The translations under genes were made by a program, and so were the position numbers. Below the pieces are notes generated by a model that saw only the letters and a list, made by a program, of their open reading frames with translations, was not told where the DNA came from and made no database searches. A stretch of DNA of 64,000 bases. It comes from Heptranchias perlo. Taxonomy: Eukaryota. The stretch covers positions 31,434,001 through 31,498,000 of the forward strand of contig NC_090343.1 of NCBI RefSeq assembly GCF_035084215.1, given 5' to 3'. Below are positions 25,455-37,290 of the stretch, piece by piece; within the stretch, counting starts at the first letter, position 1; each line of letters opens with the position of its first letter.

Positions 25455-26249
25455 CAGATCTCTTAACAGAAACAGGGCAAACTTGTACAAGATATGCTTC
25501 CTGATTTAAAGGTAATGGGATTTACAAGCTCAAAGGCAAATTATTAAGGGGAGATATATCTAGGAGTGAGGCAACCAGACTTGGGCTCAAGAGAAGCCCC
25601 CAAAAAATGTTTTACCTTTAGTTTGCAAGAAAGTTTTAAGACTGAAACAAAATGGAGGCAAGATAAATCTTTCCTAATTAGATTCTTTCTCTAAAGAGAA
25701 GTATGCCCGCTCATAAATCGAGGGAGGAAATTAGAGTGCTTTTTTAAAAATTATATACCAACACTACCTTAAAGCGCGGGCTACTCAATAGCACAACAGT
25801 ACAGCTAGTCATTTACCCACACAAAATATGACTTACCAATTTGTAAATTATTAAAGAGTTACTTTTTAAAGAATATACAGAGGAGCAGTAAGCAGAAGGA
25901 TCAAAAATTGTCAAAAGTTCAGAGAATGAGGGATGGTGACAACTTTTGTTCTTTTGTAGAATTTTTAATGAAACTTAAGTTAAAAAAAATTTGAAAAAAT
26001 GTGCTTTGTTCTCTGGACCAGCAGCATCCTGGTGTAAAAATCAAGAGGATTTTATGTGTTATTTGTTGTTGGGGAGGGAGGGTGGTGAGTGGAAAGAATG
26101 GGTAGCAGCAGTTTCCCCTTTCCTTACAAGAGAGGGCAGACAGCAGAAGATGTAAAGGAGGCTGATGATAAGTTACCAGCTTTCAATGATATCCCTAGAA
26201 ATCCATGTTAGCTATTTTAAGCACTTTATAAAGATCTTTCTGGACTTAT

Positions 26250-28545
26250 ATACGAATACGAACAATGACGGACAGGAAAAGACCATTCGGTATATCCAGC
26301 CTGTGCCACACAATCGTGATACCATATGTATCACAATATATACATTTCCCTACCCACACCATGTGATGTCCTGGAAGAGACGAAAAAACAGATAAAAAAG
26401 CAGGCCAATTTGGGGGAAAATAATCTGGGAAATTCCTCTCCGACCCCTTTGGTGATCGAAACCAGTCCAGTAAATCACTCTGGCCCTGATAATTCTATGC
26501 ATTACATTACCTACCTTTTGTAAGAGGTGATCTCTGCCCCAGCCAGAAACAGGTCCAGTTCTCGCTTGAAGGAATTCAGTGAATCGGCGTCTACCGCACG
26601 ATCCAGCAGCCTGTTCCAGAGGTCCACCATTCTCTGGGAAAAGAACTACCTCCTGACATCTAACCTAGATCTGATCTTGTAAAACTTAAAATTGTGACCC
26701 CTGGTCCTCCCTAACATATTTAATTGGAACAAATGTCAACGGGAACATAATTTATTCCTTACATCATCTTTGAAACCTCAATCAGATTACCCCTAAGTCT
26801 ACACTTCTCTAAAGTGTAGAGCCACAGCTCTGTTAGCCTATCTTGATAACTAAGATGTTTTAAGCTGGGAATTAATCTAGTGGCCCTCTTCCGCACCCTT
26901 TCCAAAGCCTCAATATCATTTACCATGTGAGGAGACCAAAACTGGACACAGTATTCCAAATGAGGCCTGACCAAGGTCTTGTACAAGGACAAAATAGTAT
27001 GTTTTGTCTTATAGTCAATTATCCAATAAATGCATCCAAAATCCTATTTGCTGTAGCTATTGTTTCATGGCATTGATCATGAACCTTTAGAGACCTGTGC
27101 ACAGAACTTCCAGATCTCTTTCTTTCTCCACCTACTTTAACACTTTTCCCTGAAGGGTGTATGTATGTTGAGCATTTGAACTGCTCACATGCAAAACATT
27201 GCATTTCTCCAAATTAAACACCATTTGCCAGTCATGAGCCCGGTCCCCAGACACATCAAGATCCACCTGAAGCAGTCGAGCATCATCTACATCGCGCGGA
27301 TCTTGGTACCATTTGCAAATTTGCAGATTGTACCCCCAATACCTACACCTAGATCATTAATAAAAATAGTAAAAGAGCAACGGTCCCAACACCGATCCCT
27401 GTGGGAAACCATGCGATCTTGTAAAGAAGCCTCTTGTGCCTCCTGTCGAAAGCTTTTTGGAAGTCTAAGAAGATAATGTCTACTGGGATTCCTTCATCCA
27501 CCATCTTGGTGACTTCTTCAAAAAATATAATCAAATTTGTTAGACATGACCTGTTTTTGAAGTCATGTTGGGTGTCCCCAGTATGTCCCTCTTTATCCAA
27601 GTAATCATATATTACAACCCTAATGATTCCTTCAAGCATCTTTCCTAATACTGATGTCAAACTAATGGGCCTATAAATTACCCGGCTCCATCTTGTCTCC
27701 TTTTTTAAAGATGGGGACCACATTAGCCTCCTTCCAGTCTACAGGAACAATCACAGAGAGCAGTGAGCTATTAGAAATACAGGCAAGGGGCTCGCACAGC
27801 ACGTGTCCCATCTCCCTGAGGACCCTCGGGTGGATTTGATCCGGCCCGGCTGCTCTATCTATTTTCAAGTTAATTCAATCTAAAACAATATGTTTATCTA
27901 TGTTAATATTACTAGTTTTAATATTAACATCATTAAATTGTAACAGTCGAGCATTGTGTTCAAGAGTGAAGACCGATGCAAAGTGCTCATTTAATGTATC
28001 TTCCATACCAGTGACTCTTTCATAAACTGTTCCTGAGCTTCCTTCAACGACCCAGTACAGTCTTTGACAGTCCTCTGACTCTTCACAAAACTGAAAAAGC
28101 TTTTCCCATTACTTCTACAATTGTCTACAATTCTCTTTTCCATTATCCTTTTAGCTAATCTAATAGCAGCCTTTGTTTTCTTTAGCTGTTCTTTGTACTT
28201 AACTCTGTTTAGTTCAGTATTAGATATCTTAAGATTGTGGAAATATTTTTGTTTACATCTTATTTGTCTTTGTATATGACCAGTCAGCCACCTTGGCTTT
28301 TTCTTACCACATTCCCTTCTTTAGACTTTGAGTACATATTTGTCTTCCACATTTTTTATCTTGTTCTTAAAAACTTTTCTTTGTATTCTACATCGGGCTC
28401 ATCACCATCCAGTAGGGTTAGCCAATTAAACCGTTCCAAATCGTCTGCCACTTTAGCAAAGTTTGCCCTTCTGAAATCTGGTATGAGTTGTAGATTTTCA
28501 GTACCTTTGGTTCTACTAGCCAATTGTAACTGTATAATGACTTGA
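26250..28545 (-). mobile_element. Diverged CR1 LINE of a distinct subfamily with a long 3' UTR
   Basis: Tail TACGAATACGAAC at 26251. RT fragments 26759-27868 ([31 protein letters not shown]) and 28356-28568 (DFRRANF). Confidence 0.9.
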
Positions 28546-28957
28546 TAGGGTAAAACCCCAAGGATCAATTTTACAAAACATCAAAGACATAACTAGAATT
28601 GAGGGCTGTGAGGATTTCCTGAATCATTTCTATATAACTGTGCCTTCAAGATGAAATAGATTGGCCAGCGGATTTACTTATCTGACAAAAAACCCATTTG
28701 ACTAATGATCAGAAAACCTGAGACAAGGGGAGGATATTCCTCACAATTGTTTTTCCTTAAATCTAAAAGTTTAACATTGGAGAACTCAGTCACTAGGATT
28801 TGACTTGCTATACTTAGCCAATTATCTAAGAGTTTCGAAAGAATCAGCCAAAGGTGCAGGTGCCTCTGGGTAAGACGGGAGGGAAGAATGCCTTTGAAGG
28901 GAATGGGAATACCTGGCAATCTCCCAACTATGAGATCTGATGGATGAAAATTTTCCA

Positions 28958-29130
28958 GGGGGAATTTCCATGGGATTCTCCCGATCTTCCATTTCAACGT
29001 TGGTGGAAGATCAGCGAAGGCCCCGGAGAAACAACATAAATGGCTGTTTACTCCCTTTCTCTGAGGGTTCTGCTGATCCTCCACCAATGTTACAGTGGAA
29101 GACTGGGAGGACCCCACGGAAATTCTCCCC
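28958..29130. mobile_element. Palindromic (fold-back) MITE, ~170 bp
   Basis: Arms GGGGGAATTTCCATGGGATTCTCCCGATCTTCCA... and ...TGGAAGACTGGGAGGACCCCACGGAAATTCTCCCC are complementary with mismatches over about 70 bp. Confidence 0.75.
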
Positions 29131-29666
29131 ATACATGATGAAGAGACTTTGGTAAGCATCTTGAAATCAGATATTGCATAGACAATGGTTGACAGTGGCT
29201 GCCAGCTGCTTCGGGGAGAATACTCTAGAAATAATAGGGCAGAAATTGCTCTGAGCGGCGAACACACATCGCCCGCCACTCATAAGTAACTAAGTCATCC
29301 ATAAACTTTTCATGGGCTTCTGGGCGCCAATTTGCTTTAGTTGAGAAATGCAAGAAGGTCATTCCCGGGCTTCTCTGAGCTGTAAGAGGAGGAAAGGATC
29401 TCTGTGTCCCCTCCAACAATCAGCTTGAAGCAAGCCCGCTGTGAGAACCAGGAAGTGAAGCTCATTCACAAACAGCGCAAACTAACAACCAGGAAGTGCC
29501 GGACAAGATTAGTAAATGTACTATAAAATCAGATAGAGAAAGCAAAATAAAGAGAGGATAAGATTAAAAGACTGAGATAAAAGAGACAGAAAGAAAAAGT
29601 AAAAAACAATTTCTTTTTAGTTTCTTAATTTTTTTTTTAAATGTCCAAGAACTATTAAAATCAGGA

Positions 29667-29828
29667 TGTGGAGATGCCGGTGATGGACTGGGGTTGACAA
29701 TTGTAAACTTTTGCCTGAAAATAGAGATCTTGAAACATTTGCCTGAGGAAGGAGAAAATCTCCGAAAGCTTGTGAATTTAAAATAAAATTGCTGGACTAT
29801 AACTTGGTGTTGTAAAATTGTTTACAAT
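29667..29828 (+). mobile_element. Penelope-like element terminal-repeat (pLTR) fragment with an inverted 5' segment
   Basis: 14-bp TSD TATTAAAATCAGGA (29653-29666 and 29829-29842). The 3' part is homologous to 58810-58900. Confidence 0.85.
29737..29777 (+). ncRNA. Minimal type I hammerhead ribozyme motif (Penelope-associated)
   Basis: ATTTGC-CTGAGGA-A-GGAG-AAAAT-CTCC-GAAA-GCTT-GTGAAT: core boxes, stem II, palindromic AAGCTT, and stem I with G.U pairs. Confidence 0.65.
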
Positions 29829-30298
29829 TATTAAAATCAGGAGTAATGAGACTCCACATTTTTAAAAGTAAATTTTAAATGCCAGAGAGGTTGTTTGGCA
29901 GTCATTAATACTTATCATGTTGTTAAAACCCAGGTTAGACCTAAAAAAAACTCAGCGTACCTGTTTTGTGGCGAGATTAGTTCAGTTCCAGCTGGGAAGT
30001 GGAGCAAGTTGGCGCTGGTTCATTGGTTGCAGCTGGTGAGGTTCCTTTTACGTGCATCTTTCAGATCACCAGCGAACCAGGAAGAGCAAATTCTGGATTT
30101 CCGCATTTGACTGCGCATGTGCGGTTGCCGGAACTTGCTCTTCTATTTCGCCATTAATAACGGTGAGCGCTGTTAGGCTCACCATTATTCTAAAAGCAAT
30201 TTCTGGCCCAATCTATACATAAAATGTGGGCAAATCTAATTTTGAGTCAAAAATACATGAATTTAGAAGTGCTCCAAAAGATTCAAAAGAACCGAGAA

Positions 30299-30469
30299 GA
30301 GGACATGACTGTGGGCGTTCCCCCGATCTATTGTAACTTTGACGGAAGATTGGTGGAACTCATGGAAAAACAGAGCAAACAGCTAAAAACAGCCATTTAC
30401 GCAGTTTCTCTGGGGGTTCCGCCAATGTTATTGCAGTAGATCAGGAGAACTCCAGGGAAATTCTCCCCC
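30299..30469. mobile_element. Palindromic MITE related to 28958-29130
   Basis: Ends GGAAATTCTCCCC. Central ACAGCCATTTA is the reverse complement of TAAATGGCTGT in the 28958 copy. Confidence 0.6.
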
Positions 30470-31269
30470 ACTTGTCTTGAGTGGTGGAGTGAAATAAGTT
30501 GCAATGAAAATAGAGCATCACAGTGCAAGAGGCTGTGCCTATTAGCCAACACCCAGTTCACAGATTTCACTACATGCACATACACAACAGGTTCAATAAA
30601 CAAAATGTCAGAGATTGGGATTTGCTGGAAATGTGGGGAGAGTAATGGAAACTACTGAGTCACCTCCAATTCTGCAGTCTGGTATAGATACCTTGAAGTT
30701 AATGATAGGCGTGGACATTCTCCATAACCACAAATCTTTATATTAGATGTTTACTCAATTCATATTGCTCCTCATTACCACAAAGTTGCAAACAAAAAGT
30801 TACTTGAAGGCTCCACTGGCAGCCAAATGTCTGTTCCTTATAGGGGTAAGTCAGTACACCTCCAGTCTCCAGTCAAGGTGCACTAGATAAAAGTCGTCTC
30901 AGGTGGACAACTGTGAATGGTTGATGGTCTTACATGGAAAACTTTGACAAATTTTGTTAAGTCACATACTATAGAAACAGAAACAAAGAGTGAGTCCTTT
31001 AAAAGATCTGTCTGGTGCTACTGAGTACATTGTGAAAGACAAAAGAACTGACAGCATTGATTCTGCTAGATTTCTGTCTTTGACACTGTGAATATTAATT
31101 AAGAAAAGAAAAGACCAAGGTGGGGCTAACTAAATTATTTGCATTGTTCAGTAGAAAGTTATCCATTGACAAGCCCAAATTTTAAGGTACAGCACTCTTC
31201 CATTTTGTACAGGAAAAAGATCAGCTTTGGTATTCAGTTAGTAAGAGAGTAATGAGTATGGCTTGGCAG

Positions 31270-31835
31270 TCCAACGAACATCCAATCCAAGAATAAAGTT
31301 CTTCTACTCCAACTCACTGAGATTGTTGGTGTATTCAATTTGGATTATTCTTTTGTTCTCTGTTCTTGGCAGGTGGAAATATGGGGTGGGAAAATATTCT
31401 GGAGTTCTGCTTGATTACCTCTGGAAATTAGTCATGCAGAATTTTTCCTCATGAGATTAAATAGGTGATAGGGTAAATCGTACATGGATTTGAAAGGAGT
31501 TCAATGGACCAAAAGGCTTTTTGTCTTTCCTGCATTTTGTTTAAATCGCACCTCATGAAGAGCTGGAAGTATGACAGGTGGGTGCAGCTCACCCCTTTCC
31601 TCCCATACTCCTTGTGAATTTTCTAAATTTCAGCATGTGGGCCTTTTGGTTCATAATCCACATGCACAATAATGAGGAGACAAATTTTTCACTATTCTTA
31701 CTCATCATATGATCCTTAATCTCTATCAACTTCACCAATCCAACGAACATCCAATCCAAGAATAAAGTTCTTCTACTCCAACTCACTGAGATTGCTGGTG
31801 TATTCAATTTGGATTATTCTTTTGTTCTCTGTTCT
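31270..31835. repeat. 97-bp near-perfect direct repeat pair (31270-31366 and 31739-31835)
   Basis: TCCAACGAACATCC...TTGTTCTCTGTTCT present twice with one mismatch. The first copy is flanked by CTTGGCAG on both sides. Confidence 0.95.
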
Positions 31836-32844
31836 GCTTCTCCTTTTTTAGTTGCAGATCACCTTTTGTGTCCCAATAGTTTGCACACTTGAATTATTTT
31901 ATTTTTCTTTAACATTCTAAGGCGCATTGCTTGGGAGAAGGAGGTTTGGGACTCTTAGCTACATCTTATTTATTTTAGTGATGTTAAGGATGCTCTGGAG
32001 ATTGAATTACTCATTCAATTCAGTGGTAATGAAATAAATTTTGCTTAACTGGGCACTAGTCCTTTTCATGGTGCTAATCAGGGCAACCTATCCTCGGGCT
32101 CAATATTTTATTTCTAGCTCCGCTTTGTAGAGGAGGTTTCCCTTCCTCTACCTGTGTTTAATTTCCTTTCCTTCCTAGAACATTCCCATTTTGTTGGATT
32201 TCTTATTTGGATATTAAAGGAAATATATTCATAAAATATTAATTTAGTGATCATTGTACTCAGTCCTTTTGGTAACTGAAACAAAAAGAGGGGAAAGAGA
32301 ATAATCCCTTCATCCATGTGGCAGATGGACCAATAGTAAATCCTCCAAAACAACATTTGGTTAAAGAATTTACCTAAAAACAGGATTCCCCAACACCATC
32401 AGGGCATCAAAATACCTGGGCTGAAACAGCCAAAATGAGGGGAAGAAATCCAAAACACTAAAAGCAGACAGAAACCAGAATGCACACAGGAATCAAAACA
32501 CTTCCACGGTAGAAATTTCAGTGTCAAATCAGAAAAGATGGAGGTCAAGTAAGGATCAACAAGCTACCATGCTTAGATATTCAGCTTTATCCCACCCACC
32601 CTTCACTTGGTGATAGCTGGAGAGAGGAAGTGTCCTGAGGACTCAGGCTACTGGTAATGTGGATGTTACTGTAGAGACTGCATTGCAATGGCCTGTTTGC
32701 ACAATTCACAGTAAAATCATCTGCTGACATTGCAACAAGCAACAAGACTAAGCAGAATGCCAAATTAATCAAACTGTTGACTACATTACAATGCAATTAG
32801 TTACCTTTGCAAATGAAGTTCAGAGATATAGCTTAACGAATGCC

Positions 32845-32922
32845 TCCACTTCAACCTAATTCATTGTCCGTGAAGTGCTTTGGAGTGTTTCTAAAAGATA
32901 TCAAGGTGAAATATAAATGCAC
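32845..32922 (+). mobile_element. Degenerate SINE/L2-type 3' tail
   Basis: TTCATTGTCCGTGAAGTGCTTTGG...AAGGTGAAATATAAATGCA resembles the tail at 40658-40721. Confidence 0.4.
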
Positions 32923-33527
32923 CTTTGTTTAAATCAGTGCTCCATGGAGTCATCTGAACTAAAGGGACAAGTTTAAGTCCCATAGTAGCTGATGTGCCAC
33001 TTATGCCTAAGGCTGACCCTGCATGGATTCATGACAAATTCAAACATACAAGGGTAGATTTTCCTCTATGGGTGCTCGATGGGTGCAATTCTTCAATCTC
33101 TCATAGTGTATTTGGTAGCATTAGATAACTCTAAAGGCTTCACACTTTGTGTGTGATTTATAGAATGTGATTTAAACTATGTCTCAGAAAGCTCTGTATT
33201 TGTTGTCCATTAGCCTTTCCAAATTACTCAGATCAGAGACTGAACTTATTCAGCACACTGTAAATGAAGTCATCAGTTCACGTGAAAAAGGTGCAGCCAA
33301 CTGCCTCACTTTTGACAAACCCCTTTCTTGTATGTAACGCTTTCAGTTTCTGGAGTGTTCCACTATATGTTTTATTTCCTTTTCCTCAGAGTTCTGATTT
33401 TCCCAAGTATGTAAAAGATAGCATGCTTAACTGCCAAATCATTTGCTATTAAAAAATTGCATACCGTGAAAAGTGAAACTACTTAAAATACAGCAGGAAT
33501 CGATTCATCTATACTTATCCGATGATT

Positions 33528-33714
33528 GGGCACTCCCAGTGAGGGTCAGTGCTCGCAGTGAATGCTGGTCAGGAAATCATAGGCCTGCAGAGCTTGATTT
33601 TCAAAACATTTAAATTCAAATTAATGGAGGGAAAATCAGGATGTGGGTGCCTGCGATTGTCTGACGAGCATTTCCTGTGAGCACCACTCCTCACTTCCAA
33701 TGTGGAGTCGGCCC
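33528..33714. mobile_element. Palindromic MITE (second fold-back family)
   Basis: Nested complementary blocks AGTGAGG/CCTCACT, GTGCTCGCAG/CTGTGAGCAC, AATGCTGGTCAG/CTGACGAGCATT and GATTTTC/GAAAATC. Confidence 0.65.
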
Positions 33715-33769
33715 TGTAATGAATGGGTAGATTCTACATTTAAGCAAAGTCAAGTGACATTAGTGACCT

Positions 33770-34559
33770 GGGCCTGGATTTTTACTCTGAACCATGGAGA
33801 GAGCGGGGGTTAGGATTTCCAGATGGGAAACCCAGAAGTATGGGTTTCCCAGACATCCTGGCGATTTAAATTTTTGATTTTTTTGGTAGGTTTCCCACGC
33901 GATAGCCAGCCAGGCTGACAGGCTGATTGCCTGTCAGACGGGAAAGCAGCCGGGGAGCAGATGCCAAGTAAGTCAGACATCGGGGTGGGTGGTTGGGGCC
34001 GGACATCAGCGAGGTGAGGATCGGTCATTGGCGGGTGTCAGCCATCGGCGGGGGGGGGGGGGCGGTCAATGGGGGGAGTAGTCAGTCATCGGGGGGAAGG
34101 GTGGTCATTGGGAGGCGAGGTCAGTCATTGTGGTGGGGGGGGAAGGGGGTCAGTCATCTGGGGGGGGGTCAGACATGGGTGGGGGAGGGGTCAACTGATC
34201 GCATATGTCAGATCGCGGCAGATAAACTTGTTGGGCCTGGAGGAAAAACTCCTGCTTCTCCTGGTCCACAAGCAGTGCAATAAAGGCACTTAGCTGTGGC
34301 GAGAATCACAAGGCCTGGGAACCACGGCCCCCTGCAGTTAAAAATAAAAAAGTTACTATAATGGAGACACGCAGCCTCCTTAAAAGATTTTACTGACCGA
34401 CCCGCCTCCTCTGAGTGGGTTGGTTGCCTCTCCCCACCCCAACTAGCTTCCATTAAAACTGAAAGTGGGCGGTTTGGAGGGGAGTTGTGGTCGGGTTTAA
34501 CATTGCTACCTTCCCACCCATCCTCAACCCACCCTTCCTTGGGGGTTAAGGTTACCCCC
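33770..34559. mobile_element. Non-autonomous DNA transposon (MITE) with G-rich internal repeats
   Basis: GGGCCTGGATTTTTACTC ... GGGGTTAAGGTTACCCCC ends. Internal repeats of GGTCAGTCAT followed by G-runs. Confidence 0.6.
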
Positions 34560-34877
34560 TTGGTATCAGCATGAGGCAGCAGAATGTATTAAATTCCACT
34601 TCCAATTTGACTGAAATATTACTGAAATGCCATACATGCCAGGCTCAGTTGTATCAGGTATTGAGCAGCCTAACCAGCAATTCATAAAGGGACAGCTGAA
34701 GGCCGCTCCTTCGGTCCCCAAAAACTACAGCAGCCCACTGCCAACCCGTTCTCGCCCTACCGCCCGGGGTCTGCTCCCTCCCCCAACAGGACCGATCTGC
34801 CAGTCGGCTCTGCGCCGAAGCTGGCCGATTTCAGCCTTTCAAAAGCAGCGAGTTGCAGCCGAGTACCCGTTTTCATA

Positions 34878-36388
34878 CTTCCCTGCTCTTCTTCGAAAAG
34901 TGCCATGAGATCTTTTACCTCTACCTGAAAGGGCTGACGCTGCCTAATTAATAGAACGTACAGCACAGAAACAGGCCGTTCGGCCCAACATGTCCAAGCT
35001 GTTTTTAAGCTCCAGACAAGCCTCCTCCCTCCCTACTTCATCTAACCCTATCAGCATATCCTTCTATTCCTTTCTCCCATATGTGTTTATCTAGCTTCCC
35101 CTTAAATGCATCTATACTAGTCACCTCAACTACTCCTTGTGGTAGTGAGTTCAGATTCTAACCACTCTTTGGGTAAAGAAGTTTCTCCTGATTCCCTATT
35201 GGATTTATTATTGACTATCTTATATTTATGACCCCTAGTTCTGGGCTCCCCTTCAAGTGGAAACATCTTCTCTACATTTACCCTATCAAACTCTTTCATA
35301 ATCTTAATCAGGTCACCCCTCAGTCTTCTCTTTTCTAGAGAAAAGAGCCCCAGCCTGTTCAATCTTTCCTGATAAGTCTAACCTCTCAGTTCTTGTATCA
35401 TCCTAGTAAATCTTTTTTGCACCTTCTCCAGTGCCTCTATATCCTTTTTATAATATGGAGACCAGAACTGTTCACAGTGCTCCAAGTGTGGTCTAACCAA
35501 GGTTCTATACAAGTTTAACATAAGTTCTCTGCTTTTCAATTCTATCCCTCTAGAAATGAACCCAGTGCTATGTTTGCTTTTTATATGGCCTTATTAACCT
35601 GCATCACAACTTTTAGTGATTTGTGTATCTGTACCCTGAGATCCCTCTGCTCCTCTACCCCATTTAGACTCTTATTTTCCAAGGATTATGTGGCCTTATT
35701 CTTCCTACCAAAATGTACCACCTCACACTGAACTATATTGAAATTCATTTGCCAATTAAATGCCCATTCTGCGAGTTTATTAATCCTGTATATTGTCGCA
35801 GTCCTCCTGAGTATTAGCTATACCCCCAATTTTATTGTCGTCTGCAAATTTTGAAATTGTACTTCTGATTCCCGAATCCAAACCTTTTATGTAAATGATG
35901 AACAACAGTGGCCTCAGCATTGATCCTTGTGGAACACCACTTCCCACCTATTGCCAGTCTGAGTAACTATCTTTAATCCCTACTCTCTGTTTTCTGTTTT
36001 GTAGCCAGCTTGCTATCCGTTCTGCTACTTGTTCCCTGACTCCACATGTTCTGAGCTTGGTCATGAGTCTACTATGCGGTACCTTATCGAAGGCCTTTTG
36101 AAAATCCAAATATATTACATCTATTAAATTACCCTTGTCTACCCTTTCAGTTACTTCTTCAAAGAATTCAATAAGGTTGGTCAAGCATGACTTTCTCTTG
36201 TGAAATCTGTGCTGACTATTCTTTATTATATTTTCAGTTTCTAGATGTATTTGTATTACATCTTCCTACCACTGACAATAAGCTAATTGGCCTATAGGGT
36301 TAAGCTAATTGATTTTTGGCTTGGTTTAATGCCTCATCCAAAAGACAGAACTTCTATGAAAGGAGCACTCCCTCGGTACTGCACTGAA
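34878..36388 (-). mobile_element. SacSINE1/DeuSINE-like fragment split in two (34878-34945 and 36318-36388) by a CR1 insertion
   Basis: CCCTGCTCTTCTTCGAAAAGTGCCATGAGATCTTTTAC... continues at TTGGTTTAATGCCTCATCC...CACTCCCTCGGTACTGCACTG. Reverse complement of the Deu core at 40385-40500. Confidence 0.7.
34950..36297 (-). mobile_element. CR1 LINE, 5'-truncated
   Basis: ORFs 35126-35362 and 35948-36184 (TNLIEFFEEVT...YLDFQKAFDKVPH). 3' UTR with ACAGAAACAGGCC.TTCGGCCC. Confidence 0.9.
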
Positions 36389-36497
36389 AAAGAAAACTAT
36401 CTACAGGTTAAGTGAGATTCTGATAGCAAGTTCCATAAAAGCGGTGTCCGTGAACTGTGCTAATAATTCCGGGCTGTCATTTAGTGACTATACCTTT

Positions 36498-37290
36498 AGA
36501 ATCATAGAAATTTACAGCATCAGAAGGAGGCTATTCAGCCCATCCTGCTTTTGCCGGCTGAAAAAGAACTATCCAGCCTAATCCCACTTTCCAGCTCTTG
36601 GTCCGTAGCCTTGTAGGTTATGGAACTTTAAGTGCATATCCAAGCACTTTTTAAACGCGATGAGAATTTCTGCCTCTACCGCCCTTTCAGGCAGTGAGTT
36701 CCAGATGCCCACCACCCTCTGGGTGAAAAAAAAATTCTCCTCAACTCCCCTCTAATCATTCTACCAATTACTTTAAATCTATGCCCCCTGGCTATTGGCC
36801 TCTCTGCTAAGGGAAATAAGTCCTCTCTATCCACTCTATCTAGGCCCGTCATAATTTTATACACCTCAATTAAATCTCCCCTCAGCCTCCTCTGTTCCAA
36901 AGAGAACAACCCCAGCCTATCCAATCTTTCCACATAGCTAAAATTCTCCAGTCCTGGCAACATCCTCGTAAATCTTTTCTGTGCCCTTTCTAGTGCAATC
37001 ACATCTCTCCTGTAATATGGTGATCAGAACTGTACACAGTACTCTAACTGTGGCCTAACTAGTATTTTATACAGTTCTAGCATAATCGCCCTGCTCTTAT
37101 ATTCTATGCCTCAGTTAATAAAGGCAAGTATCCCGTATGCCTTCTTAACCACCTTATCTACCTGTCCTGCTACCTTCAGGGATCGGTGGACATGCACTCC
37201 AAGGTCACTTTGTTCCTCTACTCTTCTCAGTATCCTACCATTTATTGTGTATTCCCTTGCCTTGTTTCCCACCCCCCCCAAATGCATTAC
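36498..37290 (-). mobile_element. CR1 3' fragment
   Basis: Tail AGAATCATAGAAAT and ORF 36676-37002. Confidence 0.9.

Larger units (their letters stand above)
29236..30209. mobile_element. Non-autonomous Harbinger-like DNA transposon
   Basis: TIR AGGGCAGAAATTGCT / AGCAATTTCTGGCCC with AAT on both flanks. Hosts a Penelope fragment. Confidence 0.75.

Noticed and set aside
31270-31835. TRIM or mini LTR retrotransposon reading of the 97-bp repeats
   Set aside because: There are no TG...CA ends, PBS or PPT, and the TSD flanks only the first copy, not the pair.
31589-31900. Minus-strand ORF MNTPAISVSWSRR... with a donor-like end
   Set aside because: It is short, has stops in flanking frames and contains no recognisable domain.
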